The notes under the pieces were generated by a model. The model ran no database searches. It saw only the letters and a list, made by a program, of their open reading frames with translations, and was not told the DNA's origin. This document shows positions 8,647 through 19,276 of a DNA stretch of 64,000 nt, in pieces (the stretch's first letter is position 1; each line of letters opens with the position of its first letter). Source of the DNA: Candidatus Omnitrophota bacterium (GTDB lineage: Bacteria; Omnitrophota; Gorgyraeia; Gygaellales; Profunditerraquicolaceae); NCBI GenBank assembly GCA_022710715.1, contig JAKLGJ010000003.1, positions 190,527 to 254,526 of the forward strand, in the 5' to 3' direction. The position numbers and the translations under genes are program-made.

Positions 8647-10933
8647 GATTCCCATGAAGAAATTCATCTTCCTATTATTAATCATTATACCCCTATTCTG
8701 CCCCTCCATACAAGCCCAAACCCAAGAAAATGAAGATGGTGAGTGGTATCCCTTCTATTTTCCGGAGAAACTCGATCCCGACTCTCCCATGAACATCGGT
8801 AAGCTGGTTTTAGACGCCCCTGCCGGAAAACACGGTTTCTGCAAAGTCAAAGACGGCCATTTCTATTTTGAGGACGGAACAAGAGCGAAATTCTGGGGCA
8901 CTAATCTTTGTTTCAACGCCTGTTTTCCCACCAAGGAACAAGCAGAAATGTTGGCCACCCGCATTGCCTACTTCGGCTTTAATGCTGTCCGTCTGCATCA
9001 TATGGATTTCTATTTCGAGCCCAAAGGAATCTTTGAAGACGTTTGCCCGGCCTACAAAGACCCGCAGATGAAAAGAACTGGAGTTTTGAGCAAAAAACAA
9101 CTCGACAAGCTGGATTACCTGATTTACCAATTAAAAATTAGAGGCATCTACATAGATATGAATTTGCTTGTGGCTCGTCATTTCACGGAAGCGGACGGAG
9201 TCAAATTTGCAAAAGAACTGGGTATGGCGGCAAAACCGGTTTCCATGTTTGATCCCAAACTTATTGAACTGCAGAAACAGTACGCTAAAGACCTACTCAC
9301 GCATTATAACCCTTACACAAAACTACGTTACTGCGACGATCCGGTAATCGCACTTATTGAAATTACCAATGAGAACTCAATTATTGGGTCCTGGCAAGGG
9401 AATAATCTAAACGGAACCCTCTTGGGTCTAAAAACCAAGGGGATTCCCGATTATTACTCCCAGCAGCTTGATATCAGCTGGAACAAATGGTTGGAGAAAA
9501 AATACTTAACAACTGAGCATACTATTGCCGCCTGGGAGGATACGTCCACCCATCCCGCCCAACTACAAATGATTTTTCTGCCTTCACTGGATCAATGGAA
9601 AACGGAACAACACAGTACAGCTAAACTATCTAAATCTGTAACTTCAGAAGGTGTAACAATTAAGGTAAAAACTATCACAAATACCCCTTGGCATCTTCAG
9701 TTTAAATCACACATTGATATTACTAAAGATAAAAACTACATATTAAACTTTACCGGATACAGTTCTAAACCAACAACCGCCGGTTTGATTTGCCAACAAA
9801 CATCTCCGCCATGGGATAATGTAGGATTGGCTGAAAGTATTATTTTCACCACAACCCCACAGGATTTTGCCATACCCTTCACAGCAACTCAGAGCTCAAC
9901 AAAAGCAAAACTGGCTTTTCTCATCGGCTACGACACTTCGACAATCTATTTATCCAATATCACTCTGACAAGTGCAAACAATTTGCCATTGAAATCGGAA
10001 TGCGAACCTACCGATCACTTTAACTTTCCAAGACCTCTCTACAAATTGCGATTTTTTCATAATAAAAAAATCATCAAAGACATTGCTTCTTTCTATGCTG
10101 ATCTAACAAAAGAGTACATCGACCAAATGTTATCCACACTACGGACTGACATAGGTATTAAAGTGCCAATCACAGGCATCGGGGGCAACATTCATGAAGA
10201 AAACATTCCCGCAATGCAAAACTGCGACTTCACTGATCATCACACATATTGGGACCATCCCAAGTTTCCACACAAACCTTGGGACAGGAATGACTTTGTT
10301 ATCGAAAACAAATCAATGCTTCAAAATCCTTCATTGGGCATGATAGGTTCTATAGATAAATACCACTTCGATAAAACTAAACCATATACCATAACTGAGT
10401 GGAACCATTGCTATCCCAACAAATTTGCTTACGAATCCCCTATCCTGATAGCACTCCACGCAAAACAAAAAGAATGCGACGCATTATTTCAATTCGCATT
10501 CAGTCACGGCTGGGAAATAAACTTCAGACTAGATACCATTCAAAGCTATTTCGATATTCTTTCCAATGCGCAACAATTACTACTTTGCGGTATGGGCAGC
10601 TTCATCCACCTATCACAAGATACAGCAGACCACTCACTTAATAATGGCATCTTGCGGTTCAAATCATCCGGCATCGAGGGATACTGCGGGTCTATTGCCA
10701 ACACCCCGCTGTACTTAAATGCCCAACCAATAATTTCACGGGACAACGGCGCGATTATTATTTTAACTAACAGTCAACAGTCAACCGATGCTTTATTCTC
10801 AGTCGGCGAGATTAAAAATTCGAACAGCGGCTGGCGCAATAATAAATTCATCTGGGGGGCAAGACCAACACTAATGAAACGCATCAAAACAAAGCAAACA
10901 GCGGAAAATTCAGCAAAGACACAACTACCTTGA
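8645..10933 (+). CDS. Secreted glycoside hydrolase, GH5-like TIM barrel plus C-terminal beta-rich domains.
   Basis: Signal peptide MKKFIFLLLIIIPLFCPSIQA; RLHHMD and IEITNENS (NE catalytic-acid-type motif). Sole plus-strand gene of the glycan island. Start may be 8654. Confidence 0.5.
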   Translation: MIPMKKFIFLLLIIIPLFCPSIQAQTQENEDGEWYPFYFPEKLDPDSPMNIGKLVLDAPAGKHGFCKVKDGHFYFEDGTRAKFWGTNLCFNACFPTKEQAEMLATRIAYFGFNAVRLHHMDFYFEPKGIFEDVCPAYKDPQMKRTGVLSKKQLDKLDYLIYQLKIRGIYIDMNLLVARHFTEADGVKFAKELGMAAKPVSMFDPKLIELQKQYAKDLLTHYNPYTKLRYCDDPVIALIEITNENSIIGSWQGNNLNGTLLGLKTKGIPDYYSQQLDISWNKWLEKKYLTTEHTIAAWEDTSTHPAQLQMIFLPSLDQWKTEQHSTAKLSKSVTSEGVTIKVKTITNTPWHLQFKSHIDITKDKNYILNFTGYSSKPTTAGLICQQTSPPWDNVGLAESIIFTTTPQDFAIPFTATQSSTKAKLAFLIGYDTSTIYLSNITLTSANNLPLKSECEPTDHFNFPRPLYKLRFFHNKKIIKDIASFYADLTKEYIDQMLSTLRTDIGIKVPITGIGGNIHEENIPAMQNCDFTDHHTYWDHPKFPHKPWDRNDFVIENKSMLQNPSLGMIGSIDKYHFDKTKPYTITEWNHCYPNKFAYESPILIALHAKQKECDALFQFAFSHGWEINFRLDTIQSYFDILSNAQQLLLCGMGSFIHLSQDTADHSLNNGILRFKSSGIEGYCGSIANTPLYLNAQPIISRDNGAIIILTNSQQSTDALFSVGEIKNSNSGWRNNKFIWGARPTLMKRIKTKQTAENSAKTQLP

Positions 10934-10939
10934 TATCAA

Positions 10940-11875
10940 TCAGCCATTTTTTAACAAAAATGCCGTTTGAGTCCACAAATTACCTTTTGCGCTCAATTTT
11001 CGATATCTAGCATACGCATTACCACTAACCCTCGGTTTTTTGTTAAAAATCATTCCAAACCGCCTAAAAGATAGCAAAAGAACAAACACCATCTTCAAGA
11101 AACAACGATGTCGGATCCCCTTCACCAAATAAACAGGCGTTCTAACACAAGTTTCTCTTACCGCTCCCCAGAAAGGGAAATATCTCCAGGCGACCCATAA
11201 GCTATTACGTAACCGTCGACACTCGTGTTCAGAGTTAAAGATTCTTTTTTCAAGTGAAATACGGTGGAAAACTTTAATTTCCGGACAATACAATATTCCA
11301 AATCCGGCGTTTAACGCTTTAAGGCTCAACTCAGATTCCTCCCAACTGAAGAACAGATCATCCCAATAAAATCCAGCCTGTTCAAAAACTTCGCATCTAA
11401 TCGCATGTCCACAACCGCAGAATGTATATGTTGAAAACTCCTCATCCTGCTTTTCCATAAAGCTTTTCTGATATACCCACGAACCCATGTCTAGTTCTTT
11501 AGTATGCGAATTGAGAATCTTAAATCCGATTATCCCAATTTCAGGATTAGCTTTGAATTTACCAACTATTTTGCTCAAAGAACCGTCTTCAAAACTAGCA
11601 TCATTATCCAGGAATACCAAGAACCGCCCCCGAGCATTAGCAACACCGATATTGCGACCTCCCGGAACTCCCATGTTTTTATGCAAACAGATCAACTTGA
11701 CTCCTTGGGGTACAAAATCATGCTCCAACATCTCAATAGTGCCATCAGTAGAACCTTGATCAACAACAATTACTTCATAATCATTAAAATCCTGTTTAAA
11801 GAGGTCATTTAAGGTCAAAGCAATATCATGCTTTCTGTTCCAACTAAGAATAATAACACTAATCAATTTCGACAT
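10940..11875 (-). CDS. Family 2 glycosyltransferase.
   Basis: SVIILSWNR...VVDQGSTDGT...DNDA motifs; start at MSKLIS. Confidence 0.7.
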   Translation of the reverse strand: MSKLISVIILSWNRKHDIALTLNDLFKQDFNDYEVIVVDQGSTDGTIEMLEHDFVPQGVKLICLHKNMGVPGGRNIGVANARGRFLVFLDNDASFEDGSLSKIVGKFKANPEIGIIGFKILNSHTKELDMGSWVYQKSFMEKQDEEFSTYTFCGCGHAIRCEVFEQAGFYWDDLFFSWEESELSLKALNAGFGILYCPEIKVFHRISLEKRIFNSEHECRRLRNSLWVAWRYFPFWGAVRETCVRTPVYLVKGIRHRCFLKMVFVLLLSFRRFGMIFNKKPRVSGNAYARYRKLSAKGNLWTQTAFLLKNG

Positions 11876-12815
11876 TCTCTTTAGTCCCCTGGATCCACCC
11901 CACAAAGAAACCTAATAACGCTGCCCAATCCCTTACAAGAACAACAATCGGCAATAAAAAATAAGCCTGGGGTATACTTTTGATTTCGACAAACCATTTC
12001 CAATGGTTTTTAACAGTTAATCCAATCCACAAAATAAAAACCACACATCCACCCCCACCCCAAATAATGGTATTAAAAATAAAGGATAAAGTACAAAAAA
12101 GCAGAATAGCAAAATAAAGAGCCAATTTTCTTAGATGAAAGATTAAATCGACTTTAACTTGTCCTTTCCCTTTTGCATACTGATAATATTGTTTAAAAAA
12201 AGCACCTATTGTTGAACGAGGTCGCCAATAAATTTTAGCTTTTTCATTTATTACTGTCTTAAAACCGGCTTTTTCAATTTTTTTAATAAACAGATAATCC
12301 TCAGCTGTTCGCAATGTTTCTGGGTACCCCCCCACCCTCTCCCACACATACTTTTTAAAAGCCATACACGCAACATACGGCCACAATTGGATTGGATAAA
12401 ATACAGCAACTGAACATTTCTCGAAAATTGTTTTGCCATCAGGCAAACGAATTCCATATACAACATCAACAGACGGATCTTCAAAAAAAGGCCTAACCAT
12501 CTCTTCAACAAAAAAATTATCAAAAGTGCACCCTGCATCAGTTGAAACAATGAGTTCACAACGAGCGGAATCAATAGCCACATTGCGTCCACGTCCAGGC
12601 AACGCACAGCTTACGGAAAGCAATTTGACAGGCAAGGAATCCTTGTATTCATTAATAATACTCATCGTATTATCGCGAGATCCTCCATCAACAATAACAA
12701 TTTCATTAATCAATAAGGATTGCGATTTCAATCTTTCCAACAGATCTCTCGCAACCTTTTCTTCATTCTTAATTGGTATCACAACTGCTACTAAACTTTC
12801 TTTAAAGTGTTTCAT
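11859..12815 (-). CDS. Family 2 glycosyltransferase with a C-terminal transmembrane extension.
   Basis: VVIPIKNEE...IVDGGSRDNT...STDAG motifs; hydrophobic C-terminus. Confidence 0.65.
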   Translation of the reverse strand: MKHFKESLVAVVIPIKNEEKVARDLLERLKSQSLLINEIVIVDGGSRDNTMSIINEYKDSLPVKLLSVSCALPGRGRNVAIDSARCELIVSTDAGCTFDNFFVEEMVRPFFEDPSVDVVYGIRLPDGKTIFEKCSVAVFYPIQLWPYVACMAFKKYVWERVGGYPETLRTAEDYLFIKKIEKAGFKTVINEKAKIYWRPRSTIGAFFKQYYQYAKGKGQVKVDLIFHLRKLALYFAILLFCTLSFIFNTIIWGGGGCVVFILWIGLTVKNHWKWFVEIKSIPQAYFLLPIVVLVRDWAALLGFFVGWIQGTKENVEID

Positions 12816-14136
12816 TGTGAATCCTTTTTGAAGATACAACACAACTATTTGTTTGGCATTTCTCAGCTAGCGCCACAATAACAATAAAATACGTCAATGT
12901 TGAAGCACTGCGAGATAGATTATCGGAGAAACTTACAAGAAGATAAAGACACGAAAGTATTGTTACCGTCAAGGAGAATTGTCGAACAATATCATCAGAA
13001 CTATTCCTGAAGACCTTGTAATTTCCAATAGCAAGAGAAATATAAATTAATATATACAATATGCAACCGGGAAGGCCAGTTTCCACAAGTAAGCGAACAT
13101 AATCATTATGGGCATAAACTGATTTCATCTCGGGAAACATGCCTAACCCGACTCCCATAACAGGGTGCTCGTAAAAAAGCGGTAAACCTTCATTCCAAGT
13201 CTTTACTCTCCAAGTCCAAGAATCAGTATAATAGCCATGAGTTCTACCATGCCCAACATCTGCAAATCGCTGAATAATAAGCGGAGAGAACAAAAGAATA
13301 ATTAATATTAACGCTCCAAGAATTTTGAATCGATATTCGCGCACTAAAACAGCAAGAATGGCACACCCAAGAATTGCTGCTAGCCAGGCAGCCCGAGTAA
13401 ATGTCAACAGGAGAAAAATAGAATAGATAAGTAAAAGAATTAAATTAAACGCGCTATTAATTTTAAATTTGTTATAAACCAGATTAACGATTAAAACAAT
13501 CATAATAGTTAATAAAAAGAAGGCAAACATATTTGGATGCACAAAAGTACCATAAATTCTTTTAAAACCAGCATCTACAATACCAACATCCTTCCCGATC
13601 TGCCAGATAGAAAAAAAGATAGGTAAGATTGTTGCTCCTACAAAACTAATAAATATCTTTCTCAATTCACTTTTATCAAATAAATGAAAAGAAATCAACC
13701 CGATCATAAGCAAACCAACAAAACGAAGAAGGTCTATAAAACTTATTACAGGCTTGATCGAAAAGATCGAAGAAAAAGAACAGAAAGCAATAAAGCAAAT
13801 TAAGAGTCTAAAACTCCTGATCTTGAAAATATTTATTTTCTTAAACAACAGGAAAAATATCGAAACGATAATCACTGCTACAGTCATATATGAAGCGAGA
13901 TTCTCTGCGCCAACACCAAAACTTATTCCCGACTTCGAGAAAACATCAAGAAAACTTCTTATGAAAAGATAATACAGCAATCCCAATTTGAGGTTTAAGA
14001 ATAACAACGCAATAAAACCTATAATAAAAAAAGAACTGATAAGTACAACAAAATTAAGCTCATTAAACAACATCAAAACAGAAAAAAAGAGAAAAAGAGA
14101 AACAGACAAAACAACCAAACTTAATGCTCTATGCAT
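12802..14136 (-). CDS. Wzy-type O-antigen polymerase / O-antigen-ligase-like membrane protein.
   Basis: Polytopic; Wzy_C-like motif AHNDYVRLLVETGLPG. Confidence 0.6.
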   Translation of the reverse strand: MHRALSLVVLSVSLFLFFSVLMLFNELNFVVLISSFFIIGFIALLFLNLKLGLLYYLFIRSFLDVFSKSGISFGVGAENLASYMTVAVIIVSIFFLLFKKINIFKIRSFRLLICFIAFCSFSSIFSIKPVISFIDLLRFVGLLMIGLISFHLFDKSELRKIFISFVGATILPIFFSIWQIGKDVGIVDAGFKRIYGTFVHPNMFAFFLLTIMIVLIVNLVYNKFKINSAFNLILLLIYSIFLLLTFTRAAWLAAILGCAILAVLVREYRFKILGALILIILLFSPLIIQRFADVGHGRTHGYYTDSWTWRVKTWNEGLPLFYEHPVMGVGLGMFPEMKSVYAHNDYVRLLVETGLPGCILYILIYISLAIGNYKVFRNSSDDIVRQFSLTVTILSCLYLLVSFSDNLSRSASTLTYFIVIVALAEKCQTNSCVVSSKRIHNETL

Positions 14137-14169
14137 AAATTGCCTTTCTGATCAAAATTAATTTATAGA

Positions 14170-15393
14170 TTAATTACTTAATAATTCCTGAAGCAATTTG
14201 CCGCTCTTGAGAGATTCTTTTTTAAAATTATCAACTCGTTCTCTTAAATATTCAGATATTGAACTTTGCTGGTTCCAAAGCTCCAATATTTTATCGTTAA
14301 CATTTTTCAATTGGAACTCGGCGAGATTTATATAGTAATTCAGAGAATTAAAAACATCGCTATTAATGCCAACAGATTTCAAACTATACCCCAAACTCAA
14401 AGTAGGAACACAAGTAGAAAAAGCTGCAATCGTTGAGTGTGTACGCGTTCCGACGAAAAGTTTGCATTTACTTATAACGTACTTTACCTCATCAGCGGCA
14501 AGATCTTCATCAATTAGAATTACCCTAGGATCCTTCTGAAAAAATCCTTTTATTGCTCTCAAACACGTTAAATCATTATCATGGTCACTAGTCACATGCG
14601 GTATTAATAAGACATTACACGGGATTTTACTCAAGACAAATTGAACAATTTCAATACAATATTTGACCCAAATAGCGAAATTGCCCTTAGCAGCATACTT
14701 AGCAACCAGAGGGCTAAAATTAAAACCAACAAAATGACCTGTCAAGTCTATATTCATTCTGGATAAATCAGGCATTCGCGGCTCCATCATAAACGCAGGA
14801 TCAGTGACTTTATAAACGTTTTCCTTAAGCCCTAAAGAATGGCAATAATCAATCGTTTTGCTTTCACGAGCAAAAATAATTGTACGTCTCAATTGCTCAG
14901 CAATGAACCTTTCATACACGGGATCCTGCGTAAAAGGACCAATTGAAGCACCCCAAATAATTATCGGTTTCCTTTTTCGCAAAACAAAATCATTCAGTCT
15001 AAGAAAGAAATCTGGTCTTCCATAATCCAACGAAAAATTATCTCCCCCAATGGCTAAAACTGCTTGGCTTAAAGCAAGGTCATTACTTATTGTTCTAAAA
15101 ATAACATCTTCATAAAGAGATTCTGACACTCTTTCCAATATTCGCTCAGCAGCCCATGGAAAAGAAAACCTTCTTGGCACCAAATATTTCGCGTGCTTAA
15201 TTTTACCATTGTTTTCACGAACCACTTGTTTCCGATATTGCGCGTTACTAATGAAATTACTATAAACGAGAAATTGAGGATCCTTATAAAAATGAGACAG
15301 AATCGCGTAAGTGCCCTTCACAATCGCTTCACATCCGCGATTTTCATAAGGTCCATTGCCCACAAGAACAAATCGAGTATTAGGGTCAGGCAT
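14170..15393 (-). CDS. Polysaccharide pyruvyl transferase (CsaB/WcaK family).
   Basis: PF04230-like layout; overlaps the downstream FeS gene by 8 nt. Confidence 0.55.
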   Translation of the reverse strand: MPDPNTRFVLVGNGPYENRGCEAIVKGTYAILSHFYKDPQFLVYSNFISNAQYRKQVVRENNGKIKHAKYLVPRRFSFPWAAERILERVSESLYEDVIFRTISNDLALSQAVLAIGGDNFSLDYGRPDFFLRLNDFVLRKRKPIIIWGASIGPFTQDPVYERFIAEQLRRTIIFARESKTIDYCHSLGLKENVYKVTDPAFMMEPRMPDLSRMNIDLTGHFVGFNFSPLVAKYAAKGNFAIWVKYCIEIVQFVLSKIPCNVLLIPHVTSDHDNDLTCLRAIKGFFQKDPRVILIDEDLAADEVKYVISKCKLFVGTRTHSTIAAFSTCVPTLSLGYSLKSVGINSDVFNSLNYYINLAEFQLKNVNDKILELWNQQSSISEYLRERVDNFKKESLKSGKLLQELLSN

Positions 15394-16594
15394 GCAACCT
15401 CACTCCCACAAAAAGCTTAACCAATCGAATAAATTCTTTAACCACAACTTTACAAGACGGCGCACCCAAAACGGACATTCCTGTAACACCAGGGCAATTA
15501 CCAATCAAATTAGCATGTAAAGGATAACAAATTCGCTTGGTTCTGGTATTGATGGTAAAGGCATTCAGAATTGCTTGTAAGCGAAGGTTGTCAGCATGGA
15601 TTTTCTTCGCGTCCACTAAACCATCAACTATCTGCTTACCCTTATCTGAACGGATTATCATTACGTTTGTTCCAATTGTATCCCCTTTTTGCTCGGGTAA
15701 CCAAGCATCACCAAAGGAGATGTCCGAGAAATCGCCGAAGAAATCCTGACAACAATAGCAGGCTAAAGGAGTAAAATATCCGGATCCAAAACATGTTGCC
15801 CACGCATCAGTAGACAATTCACTGATTTCATGCTGATTGTCAACTTTAATCTTAGTTTTCCCGGGCCACCCATCTCCTCTCCATTGAAAATAAGTAACCT
15901 GTGAAGCACTCACTTTATGCTTTTTTAAATAGCGGCTCAAAGCTCTATAAGAAGGCGCTTGATTACAAAACAAAGCAAGAATTAAGACTATAGACTCTTT
16001 TAAAACTTTGTCATGCGACATTGCCTTACGCAATGCAATTGCATGACACGGTAAACATACGACAGCTACCTTACGAGGATTCCTTTTAAGTTCAATTATT
16101 GCTTTATCCAGCGACACAGGACAATACTTTGAACCTTTTGCATTAAAAATTTCCTCTTCGGTCGAAGCAATAAAAGCTTCCGCCCGGACCTCTCTTCCGT
16201 ATTTCAAGCGGGTAACGACCACACCATCAACAACTTTATTTCTTAACAATTCAATCGACATTGTCGTTACCAGCCCACCGGAAGAACAACTAAACCTCAA
16301 ATCACCATTACCAGAATAACCTTTATAAATAGCTTGGAAATTGCCTATTAAGGCATTTTCAGGAGCTTGACCAAAAATCGAAATATTAAGTTCTTTATGA
16401 TCAAAACCAAATCCCGGACAGACTTGCTGGCACTTGCCGCAAAATATACATTTCGTCGTATCTAAAACTGGATAATTAATGCCTTCGGAGGTAACACGAA
16501 TAGTAATTGCTTGTGTCGGACAAATACCCGCACATACTCCGCAGCCGCAACACATAGCTTTAGATAATCTATCAAAAACAGAATTGGTTTTCAT
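15386..16594 (-). CDS. Coenzyme F420 hydrogenase/dehydrogenase beta-subunit-like 2x[4Fe-4S] protein.
   Basis: CGCGVCAGICP and CIFCGKCQQVCP ferredoxin motifs plus a FrhB-like C-terminal domain. A common partner of pyruvyl transferases in CPS/EPS loci. Confidence 0.6.
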   Translation of the reverse strand: MKTNSVFDRLSKAMCCGCGVCAGICPTQAITIRVTSEGINYPVLDTTKCIFCGKCQQVCPGFGFDHKELNISIFGQAPENALIGNFQAIYKGYSGNGDLRFSCSSGGLVTTMSIELLRNKVVDGVVVTRLKYGREVRAEAFIASTEEEIFNAKGSKYCPVSLDKAIIELKRNPRKVAVVCLPCHAIALRKAMSHDKVLKESIVLILALFCNQAPSYRALSRYLKKHKVSASQVTYFQWRGDGWPGKTKIKVDNQHEISELSTDAWATCFGSGYFTPLACYCCQDFFGDFSDISFGDAWLPEQKGDTIGTNVMIIRSDKGKQIVDGLVDAKKIHADNLRLQAILNAFTINTRTKRICYPLHANLIGNCPGVTGMSVLGAPSCKVVVKEFIRLVKLFVGVRLHA

Positions 16595-17832
16595 GCAAAG
16601 GTAGAAAATGAGGACACATCATTCGCTATGTCCGTAGTCTTTAGAACTTTATGTTTGTAGACAACATAGTATGCTGAAACGACCCTAAAGACCCAGGATA
16701 CTAAAGCCGCAAGAGCTGCTCCAGCCAGCCCCCATAAAGGAATTAAGAAAAAATTTAAACAAAGATTAAAGAAAATTCCCAATATGCATGTCCCTAAAAA
16801 CAATTGCAGCAAGTTTTTCGGTAACCTTCCACCAATAATGCCAGCCGGAATCGCATATAAAATCCGAAAAAATCCTGCCGCAATAAAAAAGACTAACAAA
16901 TGGGCTGAATGGTCATATCGGCCTTTGAAAAACCAATGCAGCAATGGCTGACCGGCAAACAAATATCCAATACAAACTACTATGGCGAGTATTCCAGCTT
17001 TAATTGAATCATTTTTAATGGGACGAGAATTATCTTTTGCATAATGCGGCATCATCACAAACCATAAAGCGGTAGCAACTAACTCGAACCCTCGGGTTAC
17101 CGTTATAACCACTACATAATCAGCTAATTTCGAGAAACCAAGCATTTTCGAGATAAAAAATTGATCAACCTGAACCATTACGGTATACGAAAACGTAATA
17201 AAAAAAAGAACTATCCCCTCTTTTACAAATCTGGCGGAAACAGCTTTCTCTCCCGATGGCAAACGATGTGTTACTAGATTACCTAAAACAAAAGTACTAA
17301 AAAAGATCAAGGTATAAACAAAAATAAGTCCCCAAAAGCTAAAAATCTTAAAAACAAAACACATCATTGCTACGCAAACAGAGAAAAAAATAGAATTTGT
17401 TTTACTTAAAAGCATTGACGAAGAATACCTGTCTTGAGACCGTAACAATGCCGAGTAATACTCGGTCCCAACCGCTGCCACGACCGCAAAATAAGCAAAT
17501 AACATTTCCTTCTTTAAATGATACATAAGACCGACAATAATACAACCTACGGCTGCAAACAAAGATGAAAATAACAAGCACGATCGAATAAACTTTTTCC
17601 AGTCATATTCTTTAATGTTCTCTCTATTAAATACGCGTATTATTGCCATATTCTGACCGAATAGTAATAAAGATGATAACATAATAACAACGGTATTAAT
17701 AAATTTAAACCGCCCGAACAAATTCGGGGGCAATAAACGGCCCAGAATAACATTGGTCAACAGTTCAGCAATCGCTGCCACTCCTAATATAATAGACACT
17801 GAACCGACTTTTTGGATTAAACTTGATTTCAT
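16591..17832 (-). CDS. Wzx-type polysaccharide flippase (MOP superfamily).
   Basis: About 12 TM helices; overlaps the upstream gene by 4 nt. Confidence 0.65.
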   Translation of the reverse strand: MKSSLIQKVGSVSIILGVAAIAELLTNVILGRLLPPNLFGRFKFINTVVIMLSSLLLFGQNMAIIRVFNRENIKEYDWKKFIRSCLLFSSLFAAVGCIIVGLMYHLKKEMLFAYFAVVAAVGTEYYSALLRSQDRYSSSMLLSKTNSIFFSVCVAMMCFVFKIFSFWGLIFVYTLIFFSTFVLGNLVTHRLPSGEKAVSARFVKEGIVLFFITFSYTVMVQVDQFFISKMLGFSKLADYVVVITVTRGFELVATALWFVMMPHYAKDNSRPIKNDSIKAGILAIVVCIGYLFAGQPLLHWFFKGRYDHSAHLLVFFIAAGFFRILYAIPAGIIGGRLPKNLLQLFLGTCILGIFFNLCLNFFLIPLWGLAGAALAALVSWVFRVVSAYYVVYKHKVLKTTDIANDVSSFSTFA

Positions 17833-17850
17833 TGATTATACCCTTATTCC

Positions 17851-18336
17851 TTACTTTATTTCCTCAAACAACTCCCCATTATCATACTCCGCCGGAAGCA
17901 CCAGATGCGCTGGCTTGCCGAACAGGCAGTCGCCTTCCTTATAAAACCCTTCGGCGATGAGCTCGGAGCAGACAAACCGCCGCTTGCTGCTGAAGAGCCG
18001 GTGCAGCCCCTCCCCTATGCGCGTAAACAATAGCGACAGCGGGAACCAGAAGAACTGCAAAGTATCGTAAGGCAGGTTGTTCATGGTCGCCCACCAGAGC
18101 GCGACTTTGTAGCGCTGGCGCTCGGACTGGCCGCGGCGGCGCAGGTGCTTGATCTGTATGCCCTTATCCAGGTAGGACTGCTTTAGATTGACCAGGCGGG
18201 AGCGCGGGATGCCGGCTTCGATGCAGGTATAACCGCCTAAACAGCCCAGCACGTGAGTCCATTTGCTGCTGTCGCCATAGCCGGCCTGAACCTGCGTTTT
18301 CTCGATAAGCTGATTGTGTCCGGCGACCAGGATCAC
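17851..18336 (-). CDS. YiiX / peptidase C92 family (permuted papain-fold) protein; N-terminus appears disrupted.
   Basis: GDVILVAGHN...SSKWTHVLG and FVCSELIAEGF match YiiX GDLVF...SPWSHVG and YCSEFV. Only a GTG lying inside the conserved GDV motif is available as start. GC higher than the neighbouring island. Confidence 0.4.
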   Translation of the reverse strand: MILVAGHNQLIEKTQVQAGYGDSSKWTHVLGCLGGYTCIEAGIPRSRLVNLKQSYLDKGIQIKHLRRRGQSERQRYKVALWWATMNNLPYDTLQFFWFPLSLLFTRIGEGLHRLFSSKRRFVCSELIAEGFYKEGDCLFGKPAHLVLPAEYDNGELFEEIK

Positions 18337-18415
18337 ATCGCCGATCTTGAATGAGTCGATAGATTGCTTCGTCGCTTCGCTCCTCGCAATGACCCTACTC
18401 CGCTCCTCGCAATGA

Positions 18416-19276
18416 CTAACGCACCAGCTTGAGCAGATAATCCTTATACCCGGCGTCCATATCCTGGGCCAGCTTTTCCAGCTGCTCCCGGTTGATGTAT
18501 TTCATCCGATAGGCGGTTTCTTCCAGGCAGCCGATCTTCAACCCCTGCCGCTCTTCGATCATCCAGATGAAACGCGATGCGTCGCCGATGGAATCGTAGG
18601 TGCCGGTGTCCAGCCAGGCGTAGCCGCGGTCAAGCAGGACGACTTTGAGCTTGTTCTGCTTGAGATAAGCGGTGTTGACGTCGGTGATCTCCAGTTCCCC
18701 TCTGGCCGAAGGCTTGAGGTTCTTGGCGATCTCGATGACCTGGTTGTCGAAGAAATACAACCCCGTCACCGCCCAGTTGGATTTGGGATGCCGGGGTTTT
18801 TCTTCCAGGGAAACCGCGTTGTTGTTTTCGTCGAATTCCACCACGCCGTAGCGTTCGGGGTCTTTGACCGGATAGGCGAAGACTACCGCGCCTTTGAGAT
18901 CGAGCATGGCGATCTTGAGATGCTCCACCAGGCCGTGGCCGTAGAAGATGTTGTCGCCGAAGATCAAACAGGTGTTATCCTTGCCGATGAATTTCTCGCC
19001 GATCAGGAAAGCTTCGGCGATGCCTTTGGGAACTTTCTGCTCGGCGTAGGTGATGTTGATCCCTAATTGCGAGCCGTCGCCGATCAGGGCGTTGAACTGC
19101 TCCTGCGCGCCGGGCGAGGTAATGATGAGGATATCCCGGATGCCGGAGAGCATCAAAGTAGACAGCGGATAATAGAACATCGGCTTGTCGTAAAGCGGCA
19201 GCAAAGGTTTGGAGATGATCTTGGTCACCGGGTGGAGCCGTTTGCCGCGGCCTGCGGCGAGGATTATGCCTTTCAT
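18416..19276 (-). CDS. rfbA: Glucose-1-phosphate thymidylyltransferase.
   Basis: MKGIILAAGRGKRLHPVT...KPLLP...YGVVEFD canonical motifs. Confidence 0.9.
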   Translation of the reverse strand: MKGIILAAGRGKRLHPVTKIISKPLLPLYDKPMFYYPLSTLMLSGIRDILIITSPGAQEQFNALIGDGSQLGINITYAEQKVPKGIAEAFLIGEKFIGKDNTCLIFGDNIFYGHGLVEHLKIAMLDLKGAVVFAYPVKDPERYGVVEFDENNNAVSLEEKPRHPKSNWAVTGLYFFDNQVIEIAKNLKPSARGELEITDVNTAYLKQNKLKVVLLDRGYAWLDTGTYDSIGDASRFIWMIEERQGLKIGCLEETAYRMKYINREQLEKLAQDMDAGYKDYLLKLVR

